A stretch of DNA of 64,000 nucleotides from Candidatus Obscuribacteraceae bacterium (GCA_044229845.1 JBGASG010000001.1:576001-640000); one strand, 5' to 3'. Positions 26,703 to 37,186 are shown, counted from the stretch's first letter. Numbers and translations are program-made. Notes: generated by a model from the sequence alone, not told the origin.

Positions 26703-27764
26703 CTAGCGGGCCATTTGCGTTACGAGTACAACGATGCCTGCCAGAGTGGCAAGCAGCATCAACGACAAAATCACTTGCATCCACATCGCCTGGCTGAGTG
26801 GCTTGTGGCGTTTGACGGCGTTTTGTCTGTCTGCTCCCACACCCACGCCGCGCACCGCGTTATCGAGATCTTCCATGAGGTCGACCGCGCTTTGATAGCG
26901 GTCTTCCGGTGCTTTCTTCATGCACTTGAGCGCGATGTACTCAAGGTCGCAAGCGAGCGGCGAGTTCTCCATCAGCTGGAAAAACGGTTGAGCAGGCTCG
27001 TTAATCTGAGCTTTGATCGTACTTTCCACGGTGTCACCACCGAAGGGTGGGTGTCCTACGAGCATCTCGCGGAGCATGCAACCAAGTGAATAAATGTCCG
27101 TGCGAGCATCCATGATCTCGCCGCGGCAGCGTTCAGGACTCATGTAATGAGAACTCTCAAGAACGTTATTGCGCGGGTTTGTGGAGTCAAGATCCTCCTC
27201 GGGCCGGCGCACGAAACGTCCGATGTCGAAATCGACAAGTTTGACTACGTCACTTTGAGACTCGCTTTCCGAGACGATCGCGTTGACCGGCTTTAAGTCT
27301 CCGTGCAAAACGCCCGTTTCATGGGCGTGGGAAAGCGCATCGGCGATCTGAATGGCGATGGCGGCTACTCGCGAGGCAGGCAGCGGTGATTCGGCATCGA
27401 TTAGTTCTCGTAGCGTCTCGCCGTTGAGCAAGTCCATGGCAAAGTACGGTTCATTTTGAGGAGTCAGACCGCTCTCGTAGACGGCCACTATGTTCGGATG
27501 ACTGAGTGAAACGATCGATTCAGACTTTCTCGTGAAGCTCGCACCGTCCACCGGATCCCTCAGCAACTCCTTCTTAAGGGTCTTTATGGCGACAGTGCGG
27601 TTGATTTGGGTTTGCCTGGCCTTGTAGACACGACCGAAGTCGCCCTCGCCAAGCAGCGAGATAATCTCGTAGCGCTCGGACAGCAGGCTGCCGATCAAAG
27701 GGTCAGCCTGTAGGGTTTTCTCGGTTTTGCTGCCGCTGGTTGTCGGCGTATCTTGGCTTGCCAC
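26703..27764 (-). CDS. Ser/Thr kinase-like protein with degenerate motifs (possible pseudokinase), C-terminal TM
   Basis: GEGDFG, VAIK, HGDLKPVN, DFD in place of DFG, YMSPE, DIYSLG. Confidence 0.85.
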   Translation of the reverse strand: MASQDTPTTSGSKTEKTLQADPLIGSLLSERYEIISLLGEGDFGRVYKARQTQINRTVAIKTLKKELLRDPVDGASFTRKSESIVSLSHPNIVAVYESGLTPQNEPYFAMDLLNGETLRELIDAESPLPASRVAAIAIQIADALSHAHETGVLHGDLKPVNAIVSESESQSDVVKLVDFDIGRFVRRPEEDLDSTNPRNNVLESSHYMSPERCRGEIMDARTDIYSLGCMLREMLVGHPPFGGDTVESTIKAQINEPAQPFFQLMENSPLACDLEYIALKCMKKAPEDRYQSAVDLMEDLDNAVRGVGVGADRQNAVKRHKPLSQAMWMQVILSLMLLATLAGIVVLVTQMAR

Positions 27765-27952
27765 CGGGGAAGACCTCTACTCATAATTCATTTACCCAGC
27801 CTGGCCTGGAATGCAGCGCCTGGCGCTTTTTTCTCATGAGAGAAATTTGAGGATATGCGTTTAACCCTTGTTGTGGTGACGCACGGCTACGTTGGGTAGA
27901 TAATTAAAGTGCGCCGCGAGATATCAGCGGTTACTGAAGGACGCAGGGAAAA

Positions 27953-29023
27953 ATGAGCAATCAATCGGGCAGCGGCGGGGGCGGTAATACCGGCAACCGT
28001 CCGAAGAAAGACAACCCCAATGTCAGCGACATGATTTTGGGTGGCATGAAGTCGCGTGCTGGCAAAGAGACCAGCAGCTGGTTGAGCAATATGGCCGGCA
28101 AAGAAAGCGTCAAAGACCACATCGAACAGGAAGCTAACGCCGCCCAGGCGCGCCACACCGGACCGGCGCCCACCGGTAAAAACTCCATTGTCGCCTGGTT
28201 CGACAAGATTTTTGATAACTTCGCTCAGTACGAGGTCGAGTTCAACCGTGCCGTCTCCGGCACCGAACTGGCTGTCTCGGCGGAGCGTCCTGATTATTCC
28301 AATGCGGAGCTTTTCCGCGGCAAGCTGTCCACACGCGAGTGGGCGCTCGTGCTGCGCAACAAATCGGGCATCATAGAAGGATTCTTTGTGCCTTCCGACA
28401 AGATGATTGCATTCAGCATCAACGACAAGAGCTTTACGCGCATCCTGCAGATGAAGCCGGGAATGTCGGACGACGAACCGTGCTTCCTGGTCGGCGACAG
28501 AGGCACACCGGTCCTCTACTCGCAGTTACCCTATTTCAGCAAGCAGTTGTTTGGCGCTTTGATCCGCGTCGCTAAAGGCGAAGGCAGCGATCAAGAAGAG
28601 TTCATCTGGATGCCGCCATCTGCCATGCCCGAACGCCAGCCGACCAGCAAAGAATTTGATGCCGCACGCACTGCGGATAGCCCGATGCCGGCTGTCCCGT
28701 CGTCGATGCGGGCTTCCTCATCGCATGCCCTGCTGGGACAACCGCAAGCAGCACCGAATGCCTATGTGCAGCCTCGCCCGCTAGATGGCGACAGCGGGTT
28801 TGCTTCCGAGCCCATGACTCTGTCGGCAGCTTTTGATGCCGTGTTGCGCGCCATGGAATTCGAACTGGAAAACCTGGCGCAAGTTGGTGCGCAAGCATTC
28901 GAAGACAAAGACCAGGTGCGTGTGGATGCCGTCATGAAGCGCACTAACAAAGTGAAGGCCTATCGCGAAAGACTGCGCGGCGCCATCACCGAGTGGAAAT
29001 CGATACTGGCTTCGGAAGAATAA
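27953..29023 (+). CDS. Hypothetical cytoplasmic protein
   Basis: 356-aa ORF with RBS; globular core and helical C-terminus; no family recognised. Confidence 0.7.
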   Translation: MSNQSGSGGGGNTGNRPKKDNPNVSDMILGGMKSRAGKETSSWLSNMAGKESVKDHIEQEANAAQARHTGPAPTGKNSIVAWFDKIFDNFAQYEVEFNRAVSGTELAVSAERPDYSNAELFRGKLSTREWALVLRNKSGIIEGFFVPSDKMIAFSINDKSFTRILQMKPGMSDDEPCFLVGDRGTPVLYSQLPYFSKQLFGALIRVAKGEGSDQEEFIWMPPSAMPERQPTSKEFDAARTADSPMPAVPSSMRASSSHALLGQPQAAPNAYVQPRPLDGDSGFASEPMTLSAAFDAVLRAMEFELENLAQVGAQAFEDKDQVRVDAVMKRTNKVKAYRERLRGAITEWKSILASEE

Positions 29024-29061
29024 TCTGCGTAATCTGCGAAGAAATAATCTAGCCGCTTAGC

Positions 29062-30663
29062 TTATGGCGGCTGTGAGCGGAAGTCTTCCAGGATGTCCGT
29101 ATTCGTCTGCGGTGGCAGCGAGTATCCACCGCCATTCCCTGAGCCGCCGCCGTGATGTTTTCGTATGGGCTTGTGGCGCTTGGGCGGCGCTGCCGGAGGA
29201 GAGACCGTAGTCGTCGTAGTCTCGGTCGCAGTCGTTGTCTGAGTTTGCGTATCTCCACCCGTCGTTTCTTGTGTGGCGTCGGTAGTGGTGGTTGTGTTGG
29301 TCTCTGTGCCACCGCTGCCGGTGCTGGTCGTGGTGCCGCTCTGGGTGTTGGTGTCGGTGGTGGATTGTTGCTGGTTGCTGCCGCCGCCGCCGTTTTGCTT
29401 GCTGTCTTCCATGGTCTTCCAGATGAAGAATCCGCCGACGCAAACTACGCCGAAGAAGAACATCATCATCAATCCGACGATTAAAATCACGGGCAACAAA
29501 TTGCTTTTCGCTGCCGGTTCACTTCCTTGTGCGGGTTGTTGTGTTGTGCGCGAGGACGCCAGGCTGGACGAAGCACCGCTTGTGGCACCACCGGCACTGC
29601 TGCCGGTGCGGGCGGCCGTGCTGCGGGCGGCGCCCTGTTGAGTCGAGCCCGGGTTGGCAACCACAAAACTGCCGCTTCCGGCTTTGGTCGAGCGTTTTAA
29701 TTCCGATTCCAAGGCACGTTTCAGTACGGTGCGCAATTCTGACATCGTTTGATAGCGCTTGGCCGGGTCCTTCTCCAGGCATTTGAAGACGATGGCTTCC
29801 AACTGGGGATCGATGGTGAGATCCGGGCGCACTTCTTTGAATGTTCTGGGTTGCTCGTAAATCTGTTTGACGATGATGGCGGCGATTTTGGTGGCATCGA
29901 ACGTCATCTCACCGGTCAGCGCTTCATACATCACCAATCCGAACGAGTAGATGTCGCTCCGCGGATCTAGTTTCTCGCCTTTGCACTGCTCCGGGCTCAT
30001 GTACACGGGGCTGCCCCAAACTTCGCCGGTTTTCGTCAGGCGCTGCGACACCATCTGGTCGTCGGTATATTTGACGATGCCGAAATCAACTACCTTGGTC
30101 AGGTGTTGATCATCTTCGCAGCGGACGAGCATAATGTTTTCAGGCTTCAAGTCCCGGTGGATGATGCCCTGCTTATGCGCATGATCCATGGCGTCACAAA
30201 CCTGAACAAACATGCGCAGGGCAAATGCCGGTGCCACCGGTCCCGCTTCTTCCAGCATCTTCTCGATGGAGCGACCCTTCAGGTACTCCATGATGAAATA
30301 CGGGCGGCCGGTGGGTGTCTGTCCGATATCGAAAATCTTCAACAGGTTCGGATGATCGAGTTTGCTCAGAGAACGAGCTTCTCTGGAGAAACGCTTTTGC
30401 TGGACCGGGTCGGACGCCAGCTCCGGACGCATTATTTTTACTGCCACGTAGCGGTCAACCGCCGTCTGTTTGGCTTTGTACACAATCGCCATGGCGCCCT
30501 GACCGATCATTTCGATCAATTCGAATCGACTGGCAAGCAGCTGTCCGATCAGCGGGTCTTTGACGCCGACAACTTTGTACACCTCATTGGCCCGACTGAT
30601 GCTGCCGGACAGGGTGCGTTTGAGGACGTCTAGTTTTTCTGCTGCACCGGAGGCTAAAGACAT
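29062..30663 (-). CDS. Membrane Ser/Thr protein kinase
   Basis: GQGAMAIVY, VAVK, RFSREA, HRDLKPEN, DFG, GSPVYMSPEQ; TM and Thr-rich tail. Confidence 0.92.
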   Translation of the reverse strand: MSLASGAAEKLDVLKRTLSGSISRANEVYKVVGVKDPLIGQLLASRFELIEMIGQGAMAIVYKAKQTAVDRYVAVKIMRPELASDPVQQKRFSREARSLSKLDHPNLLKIFDIGQTPTGRPYFIMEYLKGRSIEKMLEEAGPVAPAFALRMFVQVCDAMDHAHKQGIIHRDLKPENIMLVRCEDDQHLTKVVDFGIVKYTDDQMVSQRLTKTGEVWGSPVYMSPEQCKGEKLDPRSDIYSFGLVMYEALTGEMTFDATKIAAIIVKQIYEQPRTFKEVRPDLTIDPQLEAIVFKCLEKDPAKRYQTMSELRTVLKRALESELKRSTKAGSGSFVVANPGSTQQGAARSTAARTGSSAGGATSGASSSLASSRTTQQPAQGSEPAAKSNLLPVILIVGLMMMFFFGVVCVGGFFIWKTMEDSKQNGGGGSNQQQSTTDTNTQSGTTTSTGSGGTETNTTTTTDATQETTGGDTQTQTTTATETTTTTVSPPAAPPKRHKPIRKHHGGGSGNGGGYSLPPQTNTDILEDFRSQPP

Positions 30664-30672
30664 AGATTAACT

Positions 30673-30948
30673 CTAGGAGGAGGAGTCCGTGGTCGTGATC
30701 GGGGGTGGAGAGCCTCCGCCTGTGGCAGCAGCGTCATTCTCTTGCTGTTTCAGACCGACCTGTCTGAGAAAGTAACCGAGAACGATGACTACGACGCAAA
30801 AAATGACCAGCAGCATCCCGTAGCCGCCGTTTTGCTTGACCGGATACTTCTCTGGCGGCGTCCATTCGCCCATAGGCGCAGCTGCTGGAGTTTCTTGCGT
30901 GATTTCTACTTCTGGTTTCTTCAGATCCTGTTTGTCTTGTTCACTCAT
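30673..30948 (-). CDS. Small single-TM protein
   Basis: Lies tightly between ppdK and the kinase; one hydrophobic helix. Confidence 0.65.
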   Translation of the reverse strand: MSEQDKQDLKKPEVEITQETPAAAPMGEWTPPEKYPVKQNGGYGMLLVIFCVVVIVLGYFLRQVGLKQQENDAAATGGGSPPPITTTDSSS

Positions 30949-30959
30949 GTGTAGAACCC

Positions 30960-33716
30960 TTATTTGTCTTTCTCTTCACCGCTCAAAGTCGCCTGTGCTG
31001 CTGCCAGTCTGGCTAATGGCACCCGGTAGGGTGAGCAGCTGACATATGCCAGCCCCAGCTGGTGAGCAAAACCGATTGAAGATGCCTCACCACCATGTTC
31101 TCCACATATACCCAGCTTGAGGTCCGGGCGTGTCTGTAATCCGTATTCAACAGCAATCTTCATAAGCTTGCCAACCCCGTTCTGGTCCAGAACCTCAAAC
31201 GGATTGTTGACCATTACTTTGTGGCTTTGACCGTTCCAGTCGATGCCCTCCAGATATTTCTGAAGAAACTTGCCTTCGGCGTCGTCTCGGCTGTAGCCGA
31301 AGGTCATTTGTGTCAGGTCGTTGGTGCCGAAACTGAAAAATTCGGCATGCTCGGCAATTTCATTGGCAGTCACGCAGGCGCGCGGTATTTCGATCATCGT
31401 TCCGAATTTATAGTCGACTGTGGTCTTTTCGCGGTCCATAACTTCTTTGGCCGTCGCTTCCAGTTGAGCTCGCGCCAGCTTTAATTCGGACGCCAACCCG
31501 ATCAGAGGAATCATAATCTCGGGATAGACTTGCATGCCTTCTTTCTTGACAGCAATCGCTGCTTCGAAGATCGCCTGCACCTGCATGATGTTGATCTCGG
31601 GAAACATGAGACCGAGCCGGCAGCCGCGCAGACCCATCATGGGATTGGCTTCCTTGAGTTCGTTCACCTTGTGCAGTAAAGTTTCCTTTTCGCGCAGCTC
31701 GGCGCCCTTCACCCCCTTGGCTTTCATGGTCGCTACTTCTTCCAGCAACTGATCATGCTTGGGAAGAAACTCGTGAAGCGGCGGATCGAGCAAGCGAATG
31801 GTTACCGGCAGTCCTTGCATGGCTTTGAAAATGCCGATGAAATCTTCACGCTGCATAGGCAGAAGTTTCTTCAGCGCATCCTGGCGTTCGCGAGATGTAT
31901 GGGCAAGAATCATCTCTTGCATGACGGCAAGCCGATTCTGGCTCATAAACATGTGTTCGGTGCGGCATAGCCCAATGCCCTCGGCTCCGAATTCGCGAGC
32001 TAACTTGGCATCTTCAGGGGTATCGGCATTAGTGCGCACACGCAGTCTGCGTACTTGGTCCGCCCATTCCAAAAGGGTCAGGAATTCGTCACTGAGCTTG
32101 GGATCGATAGTCTCGATCGGCCCGTCGAATATTTCGCCGGTCGAGCCGTCGATCGAAATCACGTGACCGAGTTTGAGTGTTTGTCCCGCAACCAGTACTT
32201 CTTGCGCATCCAGATTGACTTTGAAACCTTCGCAACCGGCGACGCAAGGCTTACCCATGCCGCGCGCGACCACCGCTGCGTGACTGGTCATGCCACCGCG
32301 ACTGGTGACGACTCCCTGCGCCGGCACAATTCCGTGAATGTCGTCCGGACATGTTTCCACGCGCACCAGAATTACCTTCTTTGCCTGACCGGAAAGACGT
32401 TCCGACTCATCCGGATCGAAAACGATCTCACCGATAGCCGCGCCCGGTGAAGCGTTGAGACCGGTGGCCAGAAGCTTGCCGGCTTTCTTCGCCTTGGCTT
32501 TGGCATCGGCATCGAACGAAGGCAGAAGCAGCTGGTTGAGTTGGTTGGGTTCGACGCGCAGCAATGCGGCATCCTTGTCGATGATACCTTCGCGCACCAG
32601 ATCGACGGCCACTTTCACTGCCGCGGCGGCTGTCCGTTTGCCGGTGCGGGTTTGCAAAAGATAGAGCTTGCCTTGTTCGACGGTAAACTCGATGTCCTGC
32701 ATGTCTTTGTAATGATTCTCGAGGCGCATCGCAGTTTCTTCCAGCTCTTTGTAGACTGCCGGCATCTGCTTGGCCATCTCGGCGATTTTGTTGGGTGTGC
32801 GGATGCCTGCCACCACGTCTTCGCCCTGCGCATTTACGAGGTACTCGCCGTAAAGCAGCTTCTCGCCGGTCGATGGATTGCGCGTGAAACAGACACCGGT
32901 TGCCGAGTTGTTGTCGAAGTTGCCGAACACCATTGATTGAATGTTGACTGCGGTGCCCAGATTGTGATCGATCTTGTTGAGATTGCGGTAGTAGACGGCG
33001 CGGCTGTTGTTCCAAGAGCGGAACACGGCTTCGATAGCCCCTTCCAGCTGCTTGTCGGTCTCTTGTGGGAAGTCGATTTTGCGCTCGTCTTTGACCAGAC
33101 GTTTAAAGTCCGCCACCAGTTCTTTGAGGTGTTGTTCCGTCAGGTCGGTGTCGTTTTCGATGCGCAGCTGTTCTTTCTTCTCATGCAGCAAATCTTCGAA
33201 CTTGTCTTTGCTCAGGTCGAGCACCACGTTGGAATACATCTGGATGAAACGACGATAGCTGTCCCACGCAAAACGCGGGTTGGAGGTGGACTTGGCCAAT
33301 CCGTCGACGGTTTTGTCGTTCAAGCCGAGGTTCAAGATGGTGTCCATCATGCCCGGCATCGAAAACTTAGCGCCCGAGCGAACTGACAGCAGAAGCGGTT
33401 TGGCTGGGTCTCCCAGTTTGCGATCTAGACGTTCTTCGATTTTCTTCAGTTGCTCTTTTACTTCCGCAAAAAGACCTTCCGGAATCTGGCGATTCATCTC
33501 GTAATACTGACGGCACAGCGATGTGAGCAGTGTCATGCCTGGTGGCACGTTGACGCCGGCGGCGGTCATCTCAGCGAGACCGGCACCTTTCCCTCCCAGC
33601 AGATCACGCATCGCTTGCCGATTGCCGTCGAACTGTTTAAATGCCTCGTCGAACAACAGCACGCGCTTGAGATTGGCGGGTGCTTCCTGTGACTTGGCTC
33701 CGGGTGTGCTCAACAT
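30960..33716 (-). CDS. ppdK: Pyruvate phosphate dikinase
   Basis: LLGGKGAGLAEM, SVRSGAKFSMPGMMDT, NAQGEDVVAG, GGMTSHAAVVARG (phospho-His), GIGLCRTEHMF, FSFGTNDLTQM, GICGEHGG. Confidence 0.97.
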   Translation of the reverse strand: MLSTPGAKSQEAPANLKRVLLFDEAFKQFDGNRQAMRDLLGGKGAGLAEMTAAGVNVPPGMTLLTSLCRQYYEMNRQIPEGLFAEVKEQLKKIEERLDRKLGDPAKPLLLSVRSGAKFSMPGMMDTILNLGLNDKTVDGLAKSTSNPRFAWDSYRRFIQMYSNVVLDLSKDKFEDLLHEKKEQLRIENDTDLTEQHLKELVADFKRLVKDERKIDFPQETDKQLEGAIEAVFRSWNNSRAVYYRNLNKIDHNLGTAVNIQSMVFGNFDNNSATGVCFTRNPSTGEKLLYGEYLVNAQGEDVVAGIRTPNKIAEMAKQMPAVYKELEETAMRLENHYKDMQDIEFTVEQGKLYLLQTRTGKRTAAAAVKVAVDLVREGIIDKDAALLRVEPNQLNQLLLPSFDADAKAKAKKAGKLLATGLNASPGAAIGEIVFDPDESERLSGQAKKVILVRVETCPDDIHGIVPAQGVVTSRGGMTSHAAVVARGMGKPCVAGCEGFKVNLDAQEVLVAGQTLKLGHVISIDGSTGEIFDGPIETIDPKLSDEFLTLLEWADQVRRLRVRTNADTPEDAKLAREFGAEGIGLCRTEHMFMSQNRLAVMQEMILAHTSRERQDALKKLLPMQREDFIGIFKAMQGLPVTIRLLDPPLHEFLPKHDQLLEEVATMKAKGVKGAELREKETLLHKVNELKEANPMMGLRGCRLGLMFPEINIMQVQAIFEAAIAVKKEGMQVYPEIMIPLIGLASELKLARAQLEATAKEVMDREKTTVDYKFGTMIEIPRACVTANEIAEHAEFFSFGTNDLTQMTFGYSRDDAEGKFLQKYLEGIDWNGQSHKVMVNNPFEVLDQNGVGKLMKIAVEYGLQTRPDLKLGICGEHGGEASSIGFAHQLGLAYVSCSPYRVPLARLAAAQATLSGEEKDK

Positions 33717-33742
33717 GTTCTCTTTCCTATTGACGAAGTTGG

Positions 33743-34588
33743 CTATTGACGCAGTAAAAGGAAAATTTCGCTGGACGTTTCTTCAATCGCGCGCGACGAA
33801 ACGTCAATCACTTGACACTTCAGTTCGCGGAAAATTCTGCGGGCGTACTGGACTTCTTGTTTGATTTCATCGAGGTCTGCATACTCGGAATTGGCCGGCA
33901 TACCCATCACCGCAGCGCGTGTTGAGCGCAGGCTGTGCAAGATATGGGGGTCGATGTTCAGGCCGATGATTTTGCGTCCGGGCACCGTAAATAGTGCCAG
34001 CGGCGGATCGACTCCGGGCACAATCGGAACATTCGCGGCTTTCAGACCGTAGTGTTGTGCCAGGTACATGCAGTTGGGCGTTTTGCTGGTGCGCGACAGT
34101 CCGCAGAGAATGACATCTGCTTGACTGATACCTTCTGGATTCTTGCCGTCGTCGTAACGGACGGCGAAATTCACCGCGTCCATGCGCCTGAAGTAGCCTT
34201 CGTCCAGCAAGTGCAGACGCCCCGGCTGTGACATGGGCGAGGCGTCGGTCAGGGAGGCTATGCGCGAGATTAGTGGACCGAGCAAGTCAATGGTTGGCAC
34301 ATTGGCTTTCTTTGCTTCTTCCTCCAGAACTTCCCGATACTCAGGCAACACCAGGGTATAGGCGATCAGCGAGCGCCCGCTGGCGATTTCGCGCACCAGT
34401 CCGGCGATTTGTTGACAGCTTCGCGCCTGCGGCAATCGGTAGATACTTGCCAGCCCCGGATGAAACTGCACAAGTGCCGCCTGGGCAACCGATGCCGCAG
34501 TTTCACCCGACGAGTCCGAGAGCGTAAAGATGATTAGCTCGCGCTCGCCAACAGGGAGTTTTCCGTCCACAGCTGTAAGCCTTTGCAT
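33743..34588 (-). CDS. PPDK regulatory kinase/pyrophosphorylase (PDRP, DUF299)
   Basis: SDSSGETA, YFRRMDAVNFAVRYDDG, GLSRTSKTP, ANVP, IEET; directly upstream of ppdK. Confidence 0.93.
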   Translation of the reverse strand: MQRLTAVDGKLPVGERELIIFTLSDSSGETAASVAQAALVQFHPGLASIYRLPQARSCQQIAGLVREIASGRSLIAYTLVLPEYREVLEEEAKKANVPTIDLLGPLISRIASLTDASPMSQPGRLHLLDEGYFRRMDAVNFAVRYDDGKNPEGISQADVILCGLSRTSKTPNCMYLAQHYGLKAANVPIVPGVDPPLALFTVPGRKIIGLNIDPHILHSLRSTRAAVMGMPANSEYADLDEIKQEVQYARRIFRELKCQVIDVSSRAIEETSSEIFLLLRQ

Positions 34589-34675
34589 GAGGTAAGTGCC
34601 TGATGAGCGTCAGTCAAGCCCTCATTTTTATCAGATTTGAGCCTAAAAAAAATGAGATGTGAAATTCAAAGAAGC

Positions 34676-35437
34676 CTAAGCCCCGGCGGCTTGCGGCACC
34701 GGCAATTCAAGGGCCCGCAAGAGTGGCAACAGGTCGACATTGCCCGAGATGAGCTTCACAAGATTGCCTTGATTGAGTTGCGGCACGCTAATTGAGGGGC
34801 TGTACGGCACGCAGCCCAGGTAGGGCACGCCGGTGCGCTGCCTGAGCGCCAGAGTGAGGGCGTCGGAGTCGATCACTCTGGTGCCGAAGTCAGGTGAGAC
34901 CTGGACCGAGACCATGGCGATCACATTCACCTGGCGCTTGCGCAAAAACGTCGCCGCCATCATGAATTGCTCGATTGTGCGCGCCCCGAAACGACCGACC
35001 AAAATTGCCGGCCAACCGATGTGCCGAGCAAAGTCGGCGCAATCCTGCCAGAAGGTCACCTGATCGTTCATCCAGGCAAGCGGCGTGGCGCACGAACCGG
35101 GCATCTCCAGAAATACGGTCGGCTCCGTGTCATAACACCACGCCACCGCTTTTGCTACCTGTGCTCCGTCGAAGCCGGCCGGTTCAGTCGCCAGAGCCAG
35201 CGGATAATCTATGGGACTGCGACCGATGCGTTGCATAAATTCCAACTCGGCCGCCACGTTGAGTTGTGACCCTATGCATAGCGGCTTAGCTGCGCGTGTC
35301 TGATATCCCATTTGCTGCAAGGTTGTCGACAAGCCTGACGCTACCACGGTTTTGCCGCACGAAAATTCCGTGCCGAAGATTATCAGTCCGCGGGGCGGCT
35401 CTACATGTAGTGGCATGGTGGTGTGCAGTCTCTTCAC
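34676..35437 (-). CDS. bioD: Divergent dethiobiotin synthase-like P-loop protein
   Basis: IFGTEFSCGKT P-loop, AAKP, LEMPGS...PL, PYLGCVPY; motifs deviate from canonical BioD. Confidence 0.6.
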   Translation of the reverse strand: MKRLHTTMPLHVEPPRGLIIFGTEFSCGKTVVASGLSTTLQQMGYQTRAAKPLCIGSQLNVAAELEFMQRIGRSPIDYPLALATEPAGFDGAQVAKAVAWCYDTEPTVFLEMPGSCATPLAWMNDQVTFWQDCADFARHIGWPAILVGRFGARTIEQFMMAATFLRKRQVNVIAMVSVQVSPDFGTRVIDSDALTLALRQRTGVPYLGCVPYSPSISVPQLNQGNLVKLISGNVDLLPLLRALELPVPQAAGA

Positions 35438-35649
35438 AATTTTGCTGCCTGCATCCTGTCAACGGCACCATAGTAGCACGGTGATCGCGAGATGCAAGCA
35501 CCGCGGGCGGCACCAGATCAACGTGCTTAACAAAGCTCCACGCGTGGTGGCACTGAGATCAAGTGTGACTCATTGCCGCCCGCTCTTTTCAGGCGATTGC
35601 ACGGGCGACCTCGGGCGGGTAAAATGCAGGTACTGCAAGCTGATGCCTC

Positions 35650-37044
35650 ATGATATTTGGCAAGTTTTTTCCGAATGCCGGAAATAAAAAAGCGCTGGAA
35701 GCGCTAGACCGCGCGCACGAAGCCAACGACGCGGGCAATATCGAGCTGGCGATTCAGTACTTCACTCAGGCCATTGACTGCCAGGATCCGGCGATTCGCA
35801 CCGAGGCATTCGCCTGGCGCTCTCAGCTGTATGTAGCGCTCGAACAATACAAAGACGCACTCTACGACCTCAACAAGGCATTGACAATCTCGCCTGAGGA
35901 GTGGTCGCTCCTCGGTAAACGCGGGGAAGTGCACTTCCTGATGGGGCAGCTGGAGCTGGCATTCGCCGATTGCGAGCGGGCACTGTCCATGGATGAAACC
36001 GATCAGTACTCGCGCAAAGTGCTGGCCACGGTGCTCAAACAGCAAGGCCGCTTTCTGGAGGCGCTTGCCGAGACCGAGGCTCTGCTTCTGGACACTCCCA
36101 ATGATCCCTGGGTTTTGACGCTCAACGCTGAAATGCTTTTCGAGACAGACAATTTCGAGGGCTGTGTGCGTGCCTCCACTATGGCATTGCAAGTGGCTGA
36201 GAGTGAGGCTATGCATGCCTTTCACGTGCGAGCCGATGCTCTGAAGCGATTGGGCAAGTGTTCGGAGGCGGCGCGCGACTATGAGCGCGCTCTCGACGTG
36301 GGAGCCGATGACCCGCTCATCTATGTCGGGCGTGCTGAGTGCTATCTGGAGATGGAGCTGCTCGATGAAGCCGCCGCGGATATCGCGCATGCCATCGGTC
36401 TGGACATGCAAAATGATGCCGCATTCAATACCAGTGCTCGCATCAATCTAGCCCAGCAACGCTTCAAGGCGGCTATGTCTGATGCCGATCTTGCCGTTGC
36501 CCTCAACGGTGAAAATCACTTTGCGCGCAAAACGCGCGCCAAGATCTTCATGATCAAAGAGATGTGGCACGAGGCCATTGATGATCTGACGGTCGCTCTC
36601 AAATACAGAGACAACCTGATGAGAGCCAGCTGTTACGGCATGCGCGCGCATTGCTATAACATGCTGGAAAAGTATGAAGAAGCCATCGCCGATGCCAATC
36701 GTGGCGAGGAATGCGATCCCGAAAACGGCATGTCTTACGCCAATCGGGCTTATGCCTTCCTCAAGCACGGTGAGGTGGATGCTTGCCTGGGCGAGTGCAA
36801 CCGCGGGTTGAAGCTCGATCGAAGCCAGCCTGAATTGCATAAGGTGAAAGCGCAAGCTCGTATAAAACAGAAAGACTATGAAGGGGCCGTGGCCGATTGC
36901 ACGTCAGCACTTCAGATTGACCCCCGCTATGTAGAGGCCTATGAAGTGAGAGCTACCGCTCTCGATTATCTGGAACACTATGACGACGCTGCCCGAGATC
37001 GCCGCCAGGCTGAGAAGTTTCATCGATTACGGGACGAAGAGTGA
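35650..37044 (+). CDS. Cytoplasmic multi-TPR protein
   Basis: Roughly a dozen tandem TPR units (R...Y..L..Y..A..D...AL...P). Confidence 0.85.
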   Translation: MIFGKFFPNAGNKKALEALDRAHEANDAGNIELAIQYFTQAIDCQDPAIRTEAFAWRSQLYVALEQYKDALYDLNKALTISPEEWSLLGKRGEVHFLMGQLELAFADCERALSMDETDQYSRKVLATVLKQQGRFLEALAETEALLLDTPNDPWVLTLNAEMLFETDNFEGCVRASTMALQVAESEAMHAFHVRADALKRLGKCSEAARDYERALDVGADDPLIYVGRAECYLEMELLDEAAADIAHAIGLDMQNDAAFNTSARINLAQQRFKAAMSDADLAVALNGENHFARKTRAKIFMIKEMWHEAIDDLTVALKYRDNLMRASCYGMRAHCYNMLEKYEEAIADANRGEECDPENGMSYANRAYAFLKHGEVDACLGECNRGLKLDRSQPELHKVKAQARIKQKDYEGAVADCTSALQIDPRYVEAYEVRATALDYLEHYDDAARDRRQAEKFHRLRDEE

Positions 37045-37186
37045 CCTGTAGGTTAAATGCGGGCGCATTTCACAGAATTGCCACGGCTTTGCCCTAACTT
37101 AAACCCATCAGGGTTCCACGTGCGGCCTCAGCTGCACGGGTCGGCTAGTGCTGGTTTCGCCACACACGCCCCAAAGGTGGAACTGG

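Noticed and set aside
27830..27845. TTTCTC-ATGA-GAGAAA palindrome between divergent genes
   Set aside because: Single short AT-rich occurrence with no cognate regulator or second copy.
29015..29050. TAATCTGCG tandem duplication and a repeated GAAGAA(A)TAATCT
   Set aside because: Very short local duplication between convergent stops; no spacers or mobile-element signs.
34621..34656. CTCATTTTT...AAAAATGAG inverted repeat upstream of the PDRP gene
   Set aside because: Mostly homopolymer pairing; cannot tell operator, weak terminator or chance apart.
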